A stretch of DNA of 63,920 bases, filler included, from Rozella allomycis CSF55 (taxonomy: Eukaryota): assembly GCA_000442015.1 (NCBI GenBank). It is 7 parts of 7 records of this genome, joined end to end, with 100 filler letters (N's around TTAATTAATTAA, not from the genome) between each part and the next. Parts side by side here need not be neighbours in the genome. Positions count along the whole stretch, not along the records: positions 10,985 to 30,940 come from KE561198.1; 6 more parts are not named here. The stretch is one strand, 5' to 3'. Shown here one piece after another: positions 12,171 through 23,217 of the stretch. Each line of letters begins with the position of its first letter. Positions within the stretch are counted from its first letter, which is position 1. The position numbers were made by a program, and so were the translations under genes. Under the pieces are notes generated by a model. The model was not told where the DNA came from and did not search any database. It saw nothing but the letters and a program-made list of their open reading frames with translations.

Positions 12171-13121
12171 ATGCAAAAGATATAGTGGACAATTCCGAGT
12201 CCAAGCCTCAGAATTTTGATGTTTGCCATCCCAACTTTGGAAGGAGTTGAAGTAGAAAATGGTGACGATGAAGTTTTTGGAATAACGGGATTTGGTGATT
12301 TTGTCGTAATAAAGAAGAATCATTAGTAATAGACTAAAAGTACAGAGCCTGAAACAAAAACTGAAAGCCCAATACTAGAATGCTTAAGAAATTATGAAAT
12401 AAGCAAGAAAATTTTAAGTTCGGGCGATTTAAATATAAAAGTTTTATCGAAATTAAAATGGAAAGAGTATGAAGAAGATGTTTTCGCTCAATTGTCTAAA
12501 TCTCAAAAAGGATTATTCATCAATATGAATGAATGCCAGTCAAATAATAATAGATTAGTAAATAGGATATTTTTCTTTTATAGTACTTTTTTCATCGAGA
12601 AAACTGTGAAGAGTTAAAATGTGGTGTACAGGATGACTTGTTTAACATTTTGATTTCATTAAAGAATAATGAAAGAATAAAGCTAATTTTGAATAAATCG
12701 AGTATTGATACTAATGCGTTCCAAAGTCTCATGGATGTATTCGATTCAAAAAATAAAACTGATAAGCGCTGCGACGTCGAGTAAAAAATACAATCAGTAA
12801 TGACAGAATTGAATTAGAAAAGGCAAAAGCAGAGTATGAACGGAGGTGCAAGGAAGCCTTGGCATGGTATGAGGCGGAATGCAAGAGAATAAGAAACGGA
12901 AACGAATATAGGCAGGAAAGCATAGATCCAACAAGTGATCTAATTTGCGGTATTTGTGTTACTTTTCAATCAACAATCAGTACACACTTTTAAAACTAAA
13001 TATAGCGATTAAGCCATGCGAACACAAAATTTGTAAAAATTGTTATGTTTCACTCAACCAAAATGGTTTTAGCGCGTGCCCTTGGGACAGAATAGAAATA
13101 GAATCCATATTAGAGTCATGA
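12171..13121 (+). CDS. Multi-exon protein with C-terminal C3HC4 RING finger
   Basis: Spliced C-terminus CGIC...KPCEHKICKNC...CPWDR; coiled-coil segment upstream; internal exon boundaries approximate. Confidence 0.7.
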
Positions 13122-13146
13122 AGAAACGTTTATTATTGTATTGATC

Positions 13147-13418
13147 TTATGAGGCACCACTAATTTTATAAAAATAAAAAAACTTACACTAATATGTTAT
13201 TAATAGGGATATGAATTAGTTTCACAAGATATCCGATTATTCCCATAAAGAAAAAACCTACAGCAACAGCTCTTGAAACGTGGACAAACTCTTAGTCATA
13301 AATCTTAAAAACAATTTATACCTCTGCGATCTGGCTTTGAGCAGCGATTGATAAGCTGTGTGCACTCACGGGCAAACTGTTTTGGTCCGTCGACGATGGT
13401 GTTGAAGTTGTCACTCAT
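13147..13418 (-). CDS. SEC61G: Sec61 gamma subunit
   Basis: [70 protein letters not shown] with 2 introns; not in the ORF track. Confidence 0.95.
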
Positions 13419-13477
13419 TTACAAGGGTCACCAAAAATGATACAATAAACATAAATTGAAAACTAACTAAAAGAACT

Positions 13478-14668
13478 TTAATAGCGATAATCTTTCACGA
13501 AAGTAGATTGAGTGGCAGTAGCAGATGCAGCACCTCCAGTGTATTTTCCTTGAGCTGCTTCCCAATTGGCCTTGGCTCTCTTAAGCAACTCAGTTTGAGC
13601 GGTCTTGACGTTGGATGCATTACCTTTCCAAGCTTGCAAAACACTGAATTGCAACGCTCTTCCATATGAGAAGGTGAGTTTCCATGGCTTCTTTCCTGGG
13701 ACCTTGTTCATGGCATTCAAGTGAACAGTAGCATCTTCTTCACTTTGTCCTCCAGAAAGGAACTTTCACGCAATAAATTATTATTTACTGTAATTCCAGG
13801 AACAGCTGCAGGAACGGTTCTTTGAAGAACAGTGACGGTCGCTTGTCCGATTTCATCCGGTGTATATTTCTTTGGACAATTTTCACCAGGACAGACCATG
13901 TTTGGCTTCAATAAAGTCCCTTCCAGAAAAATATGATGGTCATTAAGTTTCTTATAATCTGAAGATTAATCTTTCCTTACCTTGTAAACAGCGGCCAAGA
14001 CCTTTTCAGCAACTTGAACAGCTTTTTCAAGATCATGATCACCATCCATCAAGATTTCAGGCTCAACAATAGGGACCAAACCATTTCCTTGACAAATACT
14101 TGCATATCTTGCAAGAACATTGGCGTTTTCCTCAATTGCCAATATGGACGGTTCATTGGCACCAATCTTCAAAACACATCTCCATTTTGCAAATCTGGCG
14201 CCTTTCTTGTAATAATCTGCGCAACGCTCTGCAAGTCCATCAAGTCCTTGAGTTGTGGTTTCCCCATTGGTTCCATTCAAATTGACTGTTCCCTGATTCA
14301 AGAAAACTAATGGAATCTACCTTGTCAACTTTAATTCCAACATAAATTCCTAATTCTCTCAAAAAATCCGGGAAGAGTTTTCCATCGGATGTCTTTTGAG
14401 TTAGGGTTTCCTCATACAAAATAACTCCGCCCAAATATTGTTTTAGATCACCTAATTAAGACTTTAAATATTAATTACCTCCGGCTGTGAAGAGCAATTC
14501 ACGATAAGCACGTCTGTTTTCCTCGGTGTTTTCCACGTTGATGTCTTTAAAACGTTTGCCAATGGTACCAGTGCTTTCATCTGCGGCCAAGATACCCTTT
14601 CCTGAAGCTACTATTCCTTCAGCAGTTTGTGCTAATTCAGCTCTAAATTGAGTTGGTGCGGCTCTCAT
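13478..14668 (-). CDS. Fructose-bisphosphate aldolase, class I
   Basis: [36 protein letters not shown] (Schiff-base Lys), [11 protein letters not shown]-terminal Tyr; 4 introns of 26-30 nt. Confidence 0.97.
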
Positions 14669-14797
14669 GTTGTCAACTAAATTGGACCAGGGTCTCATCG
14701 TATAATATAAAATAATAAGATTAAAGTAACTTTTGACAATATTTATTTCATTAAATCTATTTACAAGCCTTATCACGGTGAGAGTTTGAATTTTCGG

Positions 14798-15921
14798 ATG
14801 CTTGACTACTTTTTTAGTTTGGTAAAGTTGCTCTCTTCAACTCTTGCCCTAAGTATAGCTTCGCTAATTTTATTCCAGCGGAAATTAATATATTTGCCAT
14901 CTGTGCCAAATGGATCCAGAAAAATAGTAGAAAAGCCTGAAGCATTTGGTACTCAAATACTAGATTGCATAGTAGGTTGGAAAGATTATGAAAGCAGTGA
15001 AATTATAACAGAAGATAATGTGAAACTAAAATGCTATTTTTTGTTCCATCCATTGAAGAATAAGGTGCCGACGCTTATCTACTTTCATGTAAACCTATAA
15101 AAACATTACAATCAGGGAAACGCAGGAAATATTGTAATTTATATTAATTGCTTAGAGAGGGTCATCGAATTACATTGGCCGTCAGCTTTATTCGAAACGT
15201 ACAAGTGAATGTCCTCCTGGTCTCATATAGAGGGTAACTGATTTAAATATAATAAACAGATATGGATTGAATGAAGGGTCCCCAACTGAACATGGTCTTA
15301 AACTTGATGGCGAGGTATAATTCCCATGAGTATTCTAAAAGGCATCATTACAATACGTTCTTAAACATAATGTCAGCGACAATAATATGGGCATCTTATT
15401 GTATGGTCAATCTTTAGGAGGTACATATTTACATTTCAATAAGAAAGGTGCTGTTGCGATCCACGTAGCATCCAAATACCTCCCCCAAGTTTCAGGCCTT
15501 ATTCTAGAAAACACTTTCACTTCATTGATTGATTTGGTCCCCAAATTTATGCCTATTATACCAAAACCAATGTACAGATTTGTTTTCGATAAATGGCTTT
15601 CTGTAGACGCTCTGAACTTATTGAAAGAGAATGAAAAGAAATTTCAAAAGTAATCTTATAAACATATGTACAAGAAGAACTTTGCCTATTATAATTCTTA
15701 GTGGTTTGAAAGATGAAATAATTCCTAGATCACATTCGTTAAGTTTGTTCAAAGTGGCGACCGACACGAATATTGACATCGACCTTGCGAAGACAGTTTC
15801 AATGAGCATAGGCAAGCGATGCATCGTTGGTTTTCCATCTGGTACTCATAATGATACGTGCGTAATGCCCGGTTATTCTTTAGCCATTCAGAGATTTATA
15901 GATAAATACATTCGAATTTAG
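14798..15921 (+). CDS. ABHD13: ABHD13/BEM46-family alpha/beta hydrolase
   Basis: N-terminal [50 protein letters not shown]. Confidence 0.92.
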
Positions 15922-15930
15922 ATACACTTT

Positions 15931-16473
15931 TTATTTCTTTTTATCGTTTATATTAAATAAAAGAGATGCTACCGCTGACTGATATCTAACTCTTTCTTTA
16001 AGATCCATCCAGCCAGTGACAATTCCAGGAAAAAGACAGATGGTCATGTAAGTTATGTGAGACGATGCTTCTATTGGAAGCAGACTACTAGTAAAACATA
16101 TGTAAAGGAAGTAAATGGAGATTAAAAATTGTGGAAATAATGAAATAAACACGCTGGTTACGGCATTCGAAAGAACCATTGCTTTCGTACTTTTTGCGGG
16201 CAGTTTAAACAATCCATAATACAATCGCACGCCTTCCATTAAAGCGAAAACAACAAAAAAGAATATATATACCCAAAACATAAAAGGCTTTGAGTTTGTG
16301 TTGACAGCCTAACCTATATTTTTGCAATACTGCAACTACCCGGTTTTGAATGCTGAAAGAAATAGATATAATATAAAATGGAAGTAATTGAATCGTGTAA
16401 TACAGAAACATTCTGTAGTTGGCATGAATTCTTCTCACTCTTAATGGGAACAAATTTCTTTACCAGTCGGCAT
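15931..16473 (-). CDS. TMEM17/TMEM216-like ciliary transition-zone membrane protein
   Basis: Four TM segments with EGVRLYYG and FPQ motifs; start inferred at 16473 via a 26-nt intron. Confidence 0.55.
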
Positions 16474-16494
16474 TTGTGAAAATTCAAAACCAAT

Positions 16495-19057
16495 ATGAAT
16501 TGTGAAAAGATCCCTATAAGTGAAAAGTATCAAGACTTTACTTGCGTCACAGATTGGGAAAAACTTGTCCAATCTTTGGAAAATGGTCTTGAGATCAACA
16601 AATCTATTCAAGTCAATAACAGGGAGTTTACTCTGGAAATTCTTCATAAATCCGACGAAAAGGAACAAGAATTTTTAAATGATATAAAATATAATAGACT
16701 TGTTGCTGAATTTGTAGAATCAAATCCATTTGGATTTAGGAATATTAAATTGTTTAAGCCAACTAATGAAGCTCCTGTATCAAGTTTGGAAGTTAGAATG
16801 ATTTTATCGACATTCATGAGTTCGATAAAAGAGAAAATAGTTGCAATTGTTCCAATAGGTTCGGTTTGGAGAAATTCATTTGTCGGTCTAGCGTTTGATC
16901 CTACCACTGGTAAGAGTACCTACAATTTTAAAGAGGGATGAAAAGCGATATTAGAGTTTGTCATATCCCTTATGCTCCAAGGGATTTGGATAATCCGTAT
17001 CTATTAGCACACCATTTTAAGAGGATACTAGGGATAAATGACGAAGAGATACTATTCGATTGCGACGTCCGATCTGATTATATTGCAATGTTTCCAAAGA
17101 GTCTTTCCCAACTAGATTTAAATGTAGAGTTTGACGAAGAATTAAAAGTTGATTTTCGTGGATTGTTCCCACCACAAGAATTTATCATTGAATCTTTGGT
17201 TGTTCACAGAATCTCAAATAACAATTTAGAACATTATTCAAGTTTTGAAATACCGCATAAGCCTGAATCTTTTGTAATGAAAGTGGAGTTTTCCGGAATT
17301 GGCGATGGTTGTCTTACAAATATGTTAAAGGACGTTGATGATGCTATAAACAACCACATTAGGTGTTTAAAAGATTATAATAACAATAATCCAGAAAAAT
17401 CTTCAATGGTAGACGGCCTTTTAATGTTTCTTTTTGATTCTGACTGTTCTCTTTCATTTTCAATTGATTCAAGTGCTGTATCTAGTAAGTTTACGGCCAA
17501 ATTGTTTTATTGCATTTTTCTAATTATACTGGGAGAATCAAAAACAGAAACTAAATGGACCTTATTAAACATCTTTTGGCAAAAGTTTATTTCAAAGCTT
17601 AAATTATTTTATAAAACATTTAATAGACGACTAAATTGGTGGAATATGATAGTGAATGAGGTAATTGGAGAAGATAAGGTTCCAGGTGATATTCCGAAAT
17701 ACCCAAGTGACTTATTTTGGAATAGAACACTATTGGAACAGAAACTTGCTCATTTGAGAGACATAGTTAGAAGAAAGATATTCTTGTCCAAAGTAGAAAA
17801 GAGGGATAATGAATTCAATGATGATAGTAGCGGAGATGAATTTTATGACACACAAGAAGAAGCAACAGAATGGAATAACAATTTTCAAATAGCCAATGAA
17901 CGAAGAAAAGGTCATTTACAACCGAGTGGAAATCTTCGTTTACTAAATAACAATAAAAAGTTGTATGAACCAGTTACTAGAGTAATCAACAGCAATACAT
18001 AATAAAGGAAAATCCTTTCTTGACTACAGATTTAATTAAAAAGCAACAAGAAGAAATGGAGGTATTGTTAAGTACAGAAAGTCAAGAAGAAAGGAAAGCA
18101 AAATTTCAGGCTACGGAGCTAGTTTCAGACATGAGCGCTTTCAAGGCTGCGAACCCAGAAGCTTCTTTAGAAGATTTTGTGCGATGGCATTCCCCTCGTG
18201 ATTGGATTGATTTAAATAAGGATGAAGATTCGCTAGATCGACTTCCCAAAGAACAAAAAGGGAAATTAAGTTCTAGAATGAAAGATCCAAATAATATTTG
18301 GCATAAATTATGGAAAGAAAGTCCATCTCTGGCTATTTTTGAACAAGACTACGCCACCAATTTGGAAGTTGAATCACAATCGGTAGAAAGTTCATTATAA
18401 ATTAAAAAGATATTTCAATATTTTGAAAATATAACTTTGAATGAATTATTGGAACAATTTCGACCTCTGATAAAAGATTTCATTTATTTCTTATTGGAAG
18501 GCCTAAAATTGCCTCATCAATCTTTAATAGAAATGATAGAAAAATCCAAAGCAGACAATGAGACACATTTAATTGAAAAAATTAAAGAACTGGAAAATAG
18601 AGTTCTTAANTTATCTTACGCATAAAAGTAACGTGAAAGTGGTTGTGCAACATCCGAATACTATTTTAACAATGAAACCTTTTACTCCTCATGCCGTATT
18701 GACGGTGTTTCCATTGGGGGGTAACCCGAATAACGTTTCAATTCNAAAATCTTTTCTTTACAAAATAGAGTAAAGACATCCCATTTTAATTAAAAGATGC
18801 AAGACCCCTCTGTAGTGGATTCTCTGTCAATTCACCATAGAATTACCGATATCAAGGCATTTCCTGAATGTTTTAGACTATTTAAATCAAGTATTTTTTT
18901 CTTTTTTTTTTCTATAAAATTAGGACCGTTCGAGAATATTGAATGTTTGCTGACTTGCACACACAACGAATTACCAAATCGATTACATTTGAATTTAACT
19001 ACAGAAGAAGCATATTTAACTACTTGTATTTCTTCCAATTATAATAAAATTGTATAG
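16495..19057 (+). CDS. RAB3GAP1: Rab3 GTPase-activating protein catalytic subunit
   Basis: QDFTCVTDWEKLV at the N-terminus; LVSDMSAFKAANPEASLEDFVRWHSPRDW and GKLSSRM..PNNIWHKLW signature; 3' part interrupted by N joins. Confidence 0.9.
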
Positions 19058-19259
19058 TCTATCTTCGCTTTGTTCTATCGTATCCCAAGTGCAATCGTTG
19101 TACTTTGTACTTTATTATTAAAACATTAATAGAAATATTGTTTATTTCCCTTCATTTTTCTTTGAAATCCATTAATATCTTNACGAGATCAGACGCTGGT
19201 GCTAAATACCCATTAATATCTTGCACCTGCGTCCATTTGTGAAATTTATAACCTTTGAC

Positions 19260-19756
19260 TGCGTCATGCCAAAAAAGANCTTTGGCCCATCATCGAAAAC
19301 ATGACCTAAATGGCTTCCACACTTTATAAAATGATAAAAACATATTACTTTGCTGCAAACTGCCTCTACTCGAATCATACCATGTGAATTATCAGGTATC
19401 TCTTTTACCGAATCCTTCTTAAGGACGTCATAAAATGATGGCCATCCAGTACCACTATCAAATTTAGTTTCAGAGCTATTATTAATCAATACTTAAAAGT
19501 AGTACCTAAACAATTCATTTCCGCATGCCACACAAGCATATATTCCCTTCCCATTAAACTTGTAATATTTTCCAGTGAAAGGTCTTTCTGTAGATTTTAA
19601 ACGACAAACAGAGTATTGCTGCGGTGTAAGCTTGTTTTTCCATTCATCTTGTTGATCAGTCATTTTCGTAATTGCTAAAAGTTTATCTCTCGAATAATAT
19701 CTTAGTCTTTGGCGATATTTTAATAAAGAAGGGAGCCTTTGAGTAATGCGATTCAT
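19260..19756 (-). CDS. msrB: Methionine-R-sulfoxide reductase B with putative mitochondrial presequence, 3' end unresolved
   Basis: [47 protein letters not shown]; Arg-rich N-terminus. Confidence 0.92.
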
Positions 19757-19809
19757 TGAATAAATTTCGTAGAATCGAAGAATTTTTATTAACAATAATT
19801 AATAACATA

Positions 19810-20199
19810 TCAACAAGCATGATCAACCTGGACAACAATCCATTTCTTTGGCGATGAACTAAGAGTACACGTACTATCATAATCAGCGATTTTCGCATAG
19901 CAGCTCGTGGCTCGTTTGTGGCTGTGACGTTCCTGACACATATAGTTGTCGTCGAGTCCATCAATGATTGATACGCATGGTGTGCTAGGCAGACTATAAT
20001 TTTTATTTATCTTGTGCCGCCGGAAAAAATCAGATATTCTTCGTAATAACTTTCCTTTTCTGGTCTTATTTGATTTCGGATCACATGTCATTGTGTAGCA
20101 TCGATCTAGTGGTTGCGCGGGGAACGATATAACTTTGGGAGTAGTTGGTGATTCATGATTAAAATTCATTGGTGATATAAAAGCTTCATTGATTGTCAT
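19810..20199 (-). CDS. Hypothetical protein
   Basis: 129-aa ORF with ATG inside the gene-dense block; no motif recognised. Confidence 0.4.
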   Translation of the reverse strand: MTINEAFISPMNFNHESPTTPKVISFPAQPLDRCYTMTCDPKSNKTRKGKLLRRISDFFRRHKINKNYSLPSTPCVSIIDGLDDNYMCQERHSHKRATSCYAKIADYDSTCTLSSSPKKWIVVQVDHAC

Positions 20200-20524
20200 G
20201 AGGCAGGTCGTGGCTTAGTTACAATGAGATCGTTTTGATATACACAGCCAATTGTAATTAACACGTGAATTTGCTAAAATAATAAGAGCCAGAGGGAAGT
20301 ATTTAAGTCATACACAATGTTTCTTTGCTATTGTTTCTTTTTCAAAATTTTGAGAGATTATAGAATTTTCTCGAAAACACAAATAAACAAAAACAAAGGA
20401 GACTATCGGTTGCCATAAATGGCATCAATTTTACGAGAGTGATGTAAGTGCATCAACTTCTAAATAAATTCTAAAATTGAGTTTGCAAAAAGGCGGGAGG
20501 TGGCGAAGTCCGCGCCAATTTACA

Positions 20525-20856
20525 ATGCCGATGAAAGAGTCAAGTATATTTTCTTCAAGACTTCCAACGGCAGAGAAAATCCCTATACACGTAGATTGTC
20601 CTACAATTGCGCCTGCAACAGTAGAGAGAGTAATCATAACAATCAGATTTAACTAGAGATACTGAAAGATAACGAAGTCCTGCTCAAAGCATGTCTTACA
20701 CATCAAAATTCGGGCAAAATTGTGGAAATGATGGAATACGTTAAGAGATTACATTATAACATTACTAACATTGCTACGATGGCAGACAGAATGCTCTATC
20801 CTATGCGGGAAGAAATTATGAACAAAGAGAATGATAAAGGCGCAAGTAAAAATTGA
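20525..20856 (+). CDS. SS18/GIF-like SSXT-domain protein (SWI/SNF associated)
   Basis: Spliced PTIAPATVER/ILKDNEVLLKACLTHQNSGKIVEMMEYVKRLHYNITNIATMAD matches the SSXT pattern; intron 20630-20658; start uncertain. Confidence 0.7.
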
Positions 20857-20887
20857 GAAAAATAGCTTTATTTGTAAATAAATCAGA

Positions 20888-21685
20888 TTATAGACCTAAA
20901 TCCATGGCATCTCCTTCTGGCAAATTGGACGTTCCTCCATTAACATCATTCTATCCTTAATTGATTAAATTAATTTGTACTTTGCTCATATATGCTTCCA
21001 TATCTGCGTCAAGTTCTTCAGCGCTCTTTGGCGGCTTTCGGTCATTTTCATCTTTACGTCCTGAATATCTTGGTCCTCTAGCGTAACGATCCCGTTTAAA
21101 TCCCCTGTGGTTATCACGGAAGTTATTTCTTTGGGGTATTTCTTTTTTGATAGCTGCCACTCTGATATTCAAGCCTAACATTAACTTGAGTATTATCTCA
21201 ATACCCGCCAATGTCATATTGTTGAAAGATGTGACCGCTTTGTAGGAATCATCTTTGAACTTGTAATGAACTTCAGCTGAGCCATTTGACCTTCCAGCAC
21301 TATCATAATCAATTTTTATCCTGTTTATAGGACCTGTGCGTTCAAAAATATCCTTTATTGCTTGAATTTTTATTATTACTCTAAGCTCGGCTTCGGAAAC
21401 TTCGTGTGAAAGATTTTCAATGCTCACAACGGTCCTTTCTTGTACACGTGGGCCTCTATCATATCTTTGATTGTCTCTATAAGGCCTCCTTTCGAATCTT
21501 TCATGACGAACTCGCCTCTCTACTCGGAAGGATGGGTAGTTTCGGTCACCTCTTGAGTGGTAATCCTGTCGATTGTCACGACGGCGCTCTCGCCTAGAAA
21601 AATCAGAGCCACGATTATCCTGTGTTTTCCTTTTCCTATTTTGCTCGATAACTTCGTCCAAAGACATGTTCAACAAATGGGCCAT
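20888..21685 (-). CDS. ALYREF: ALYREF/THOC4/Yra1 mRNA export adaptor
   Basis: N-terminal LNMSLDEVI box, central RRM (DSAGRSNGSAEVHY), C-terminal KSAEELDADMEAYM box. Confidence 0.9.
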
Positions 21686-21752
21686 TTTTGAAATATACTC
21701 CGAAATTTAGAAATCGGAATTGGAAAGGCAAAACTATCGCAATAAAAACAAA

Positions 21753-23123
21753 CTATTTATTAGGATCCCAATTAATGGGAAAATAAGCATAGGTATAATA
21801 TTCCTTGTCAGTAAGTATCGTGGACGCTTCTTCCAAGCCTTCTTGCTCCCCGAATTTAGTGCTCATGATCGATGAACCCGAAGCAGGTGTATTTTTCATG
21901 TAATTAGAAAAGGCTTCTCTTAATTTTTTCTCTGCCTTATTTTTCGGCTAATTTAATAGAATACACGATGTTACTTTTAGTACAACCGGCTGGAAAACTG
22001 GAGGCAAACCAAATCGAAGAACAGATTCTACAAAAATTCGCAAAGCTTTAACGTGAATCCAAGCTGCAAATGCTTCCCCGAAATTTGTTTTCAATAATCT
22101 CAATAAATTGGACTACTGAAATGACTCCAAATAAGTTACCCATTGTTCTTTCATTGATGCTCCCATCTCAGCAATTTGGTTCTTTTCTTTTTGAATGTCT
22201 TCTGCGTTATATCTAAATTCTCGGACTATAAATCTATTAGTAGTTTAATATTTGATTACTTTTTTTCTCTAGCTTTTGTTGTGAATTCCTCTGCTACTCG
22301 TTTAAACAGAGTAACAGTATACAATGCATGCTCTTCGTCCTCAATAATAAGTTGAGTAGACCTTGGAACTACCATGGCTGTGAGAGTTTCATAATTCTCG
22401 AGCCATTCTTTTTGCAGAAATCTGTTCGGTTAAATCAGAGTATCATACTTGGGGACCGCAACTACAAGTGTATCCATATACTCTGATTCAAGCACAAAAT
22501 GCTCTTTCTTAACAATGTCAGACAGGTTTTTGACTAATAAATTTCCACTAAAACTATTTCACCTATGTTTTACGTTTGCTTTCTCTCAAACGTTCCAAAA
22601 GACGCTTTCACTTGATTATAGCTCGTCATCTTTGATCTAATTAAATTATCTAATTGAGTCATTTCCTATAGAATTGACAAAATAGGATTACCTGAACCAT
22701 AACTTCACAGATGTCCTTAATAGGTTTGTCTTGACGATATTTCATAGTGTTCCATTGAAAAGAACGAATATATTGATCAGGAGTTTCTAATGGTCAAAAA
22801 ATTGGTATTATACTTTCGTTAACGGACACGTTCGCAAGTGCTGATTCCGTGGGCGGTAATATTGATTTCAAATTTTGTATAATTTTTATAGTCATAGACT
22901 CAAATTGTACATCCATTTTCGCCAACTCGTCTGTTACAGTAACTAATTGATCTAAAGTCCCAACTTTAAAATCCGGAATGGGAAACTTATAGAGTTCCGC
23001 TTGATCTTGAACTAAGGTCTTTATAGTGGTAAATATTTGCTGCTTCTTATTATCCGAGCTTCCTGCATTGTTTGTAGTATAAGGCGGAACCGATACTAAC
23101 CAATATGCAGGTGCAGTCGACAT
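21753..23123 (-). CDS. VMA5: V-type ATPase subunit C
   Basis: [59 protein letters not shown]; multi-exon. Confidence 0.95.
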
Positions 23124-23217
23124 AACTGAATTTTCCGATTGAAAAAGAAAACTTGAACGAGTTAAAAATATCTCAAATTAATTTATTTTGCCAGAAAATC
23201 GTACAAATATGATATCT

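Noticed and set aside
19182-19280. MsrB apparently lacking its catalytic RYCINS segment (possible selenocysteine or odd splicing)
   Set aside because: The region is broken by N joins, so it cannot be interpreted
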